A stretch of 62,752 nt of DNA, filler included, from Nemertoderma westbladi (lineage: Eukaryota; Animalia; Xenacoelomorpha), in assembly GCA_032718475.1 (NCBI GenBank). It is 3 parts of 3 records of this genome, joined end to end, with 100 filler letters (N's around TTAATTAATTAA, not from the genome) between each part and the next. Parts side by side here need not be neighbours in the genome. Positions count along the whole stretch, not along the records: positions 52,718 to 62,752 come from JAUCBJ010002086.1; 2 more parts are not named here. One strand, given 5' to 3'. The notes beneath the pieces are model-generated. The model did no database searches. It had not been told where the DNA came from and saw only the letters and a list, made by a program, of their open reading frames with translations. Position 1 is the stretch's first letter. Each line of letters opens with the position of its first letter. Position numbers and translations under genes: made by a program. Of the stretch, positions 62,041 through 62,752 are shown one piece after another.

Positions 62041-62554
62041 GGTGAAAAAGGGGCAGGGATGTCGACAGGGTAAAATAGGGACCATTTTGCTTTACTAGTG
62101 CCCATTTAATAATTTATTTTATAATTTAATTAATGTTCTATAATTATAACAAACGACAAACCGAGTTCCAATAAATACTTTAACTTACAGATCCAAGAAC
62201 AGATCTACCGAAGATAAACGAGTTAATTAAAAACATATTTATAATCAATCTTAGTAGAACTGAGTACGAATCACTGTTTTGTTATTATTGAAAGGAGCCT
62301 GCGCGAACGCAAGCTCCAGCTAACTCAAATTTAGCACCCGAGGTCTATAGGAAAAGTCAAGTCGCCGAGGTCTATAGGAACTATAATTATATATTACTAT
62401 AGTTATTGTTGATAATTTTTTTAAATAGCCACAGGCGGAAAACTATAAGAACAAAATATAGGGGAACTCCAACCAACGTTAAAATCGAACTATATTTTCT
62501 TTTCTAATCCGAGACAGGGGGGGGGGGGGGGGGGGGTGGGGGGGGGGGGGGGGG

Positions 62555-62752
62555 GGAACTCGACGCAAAACCCGCCTTGGCGAATTAATATCCCGCCTCA
62601 ATGTTAAATTCTCAATTTAGGGAAAGGAACAGGTTACAGTCTCACGTTATTTTAACCAAAACAATAAACTAAACACAATAGAACAAGTTACAGTTTTACT
62701 TTTGCTCGTATTCAGCTGTTATTTGCGTCCAATTTCCCAGGGAGGGATGAAT
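62555..62752 (+). repeat. Interspersed repeat family A, copy 3 (cut by the window end)
   Basis: Similar to 54173-54395; preceded by a long poly-G tract. Confidence 0.8.

Overview
AT-rich, repeat-dense eukaryotic DNA, most likely an invertebrate animal, with two 100-bp assembly gaps. No prokaryotic features or CRISPR. Genes: (i) a 5'-truncated, frameshifted three-exon remnant of a kinectin/RRBP1-family coiled-coil gene (minus strand), joined in-frame to a decayed Gypsy gag plus LTR; (ii) an intronless TRIM gene (RING, two B-boxes, coiled coil, divergent C-terminus); (iii) a clear YTHDC1 orthologue with one coding exon; (iv) a large exon of a BTB-BACK-Kelch, KLHL10-like gene whose first exon(s) I could not find. 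Mobile DNA: a full-length Mag-like Ty3/Gypsy element with identical 261-bp LTRs and AACTC TSD but three frameshifts; a nest of five non-autonomous Helitrons (TC...CTAG, no TSD) rich in RFX X-box palindromes, three of them independently hit by the same RTE-like LINE; tRNA-derived SINEs; MITEs. Tandem arrays: a 42-bp minisatellite, 15 x 61 bp, and a ~13-kb 25-bp satellite. The most intriguing, but speculative, signal is that this satellite starts ~0.8 kb after YTHDC1 and its consensus unit carries a perfect 5' splice site (AG/GTAAGT, the complement of the U1 5' end) plus a DRACH m6A motif. All family assignments come from motif recognition by eye; no searches were run.
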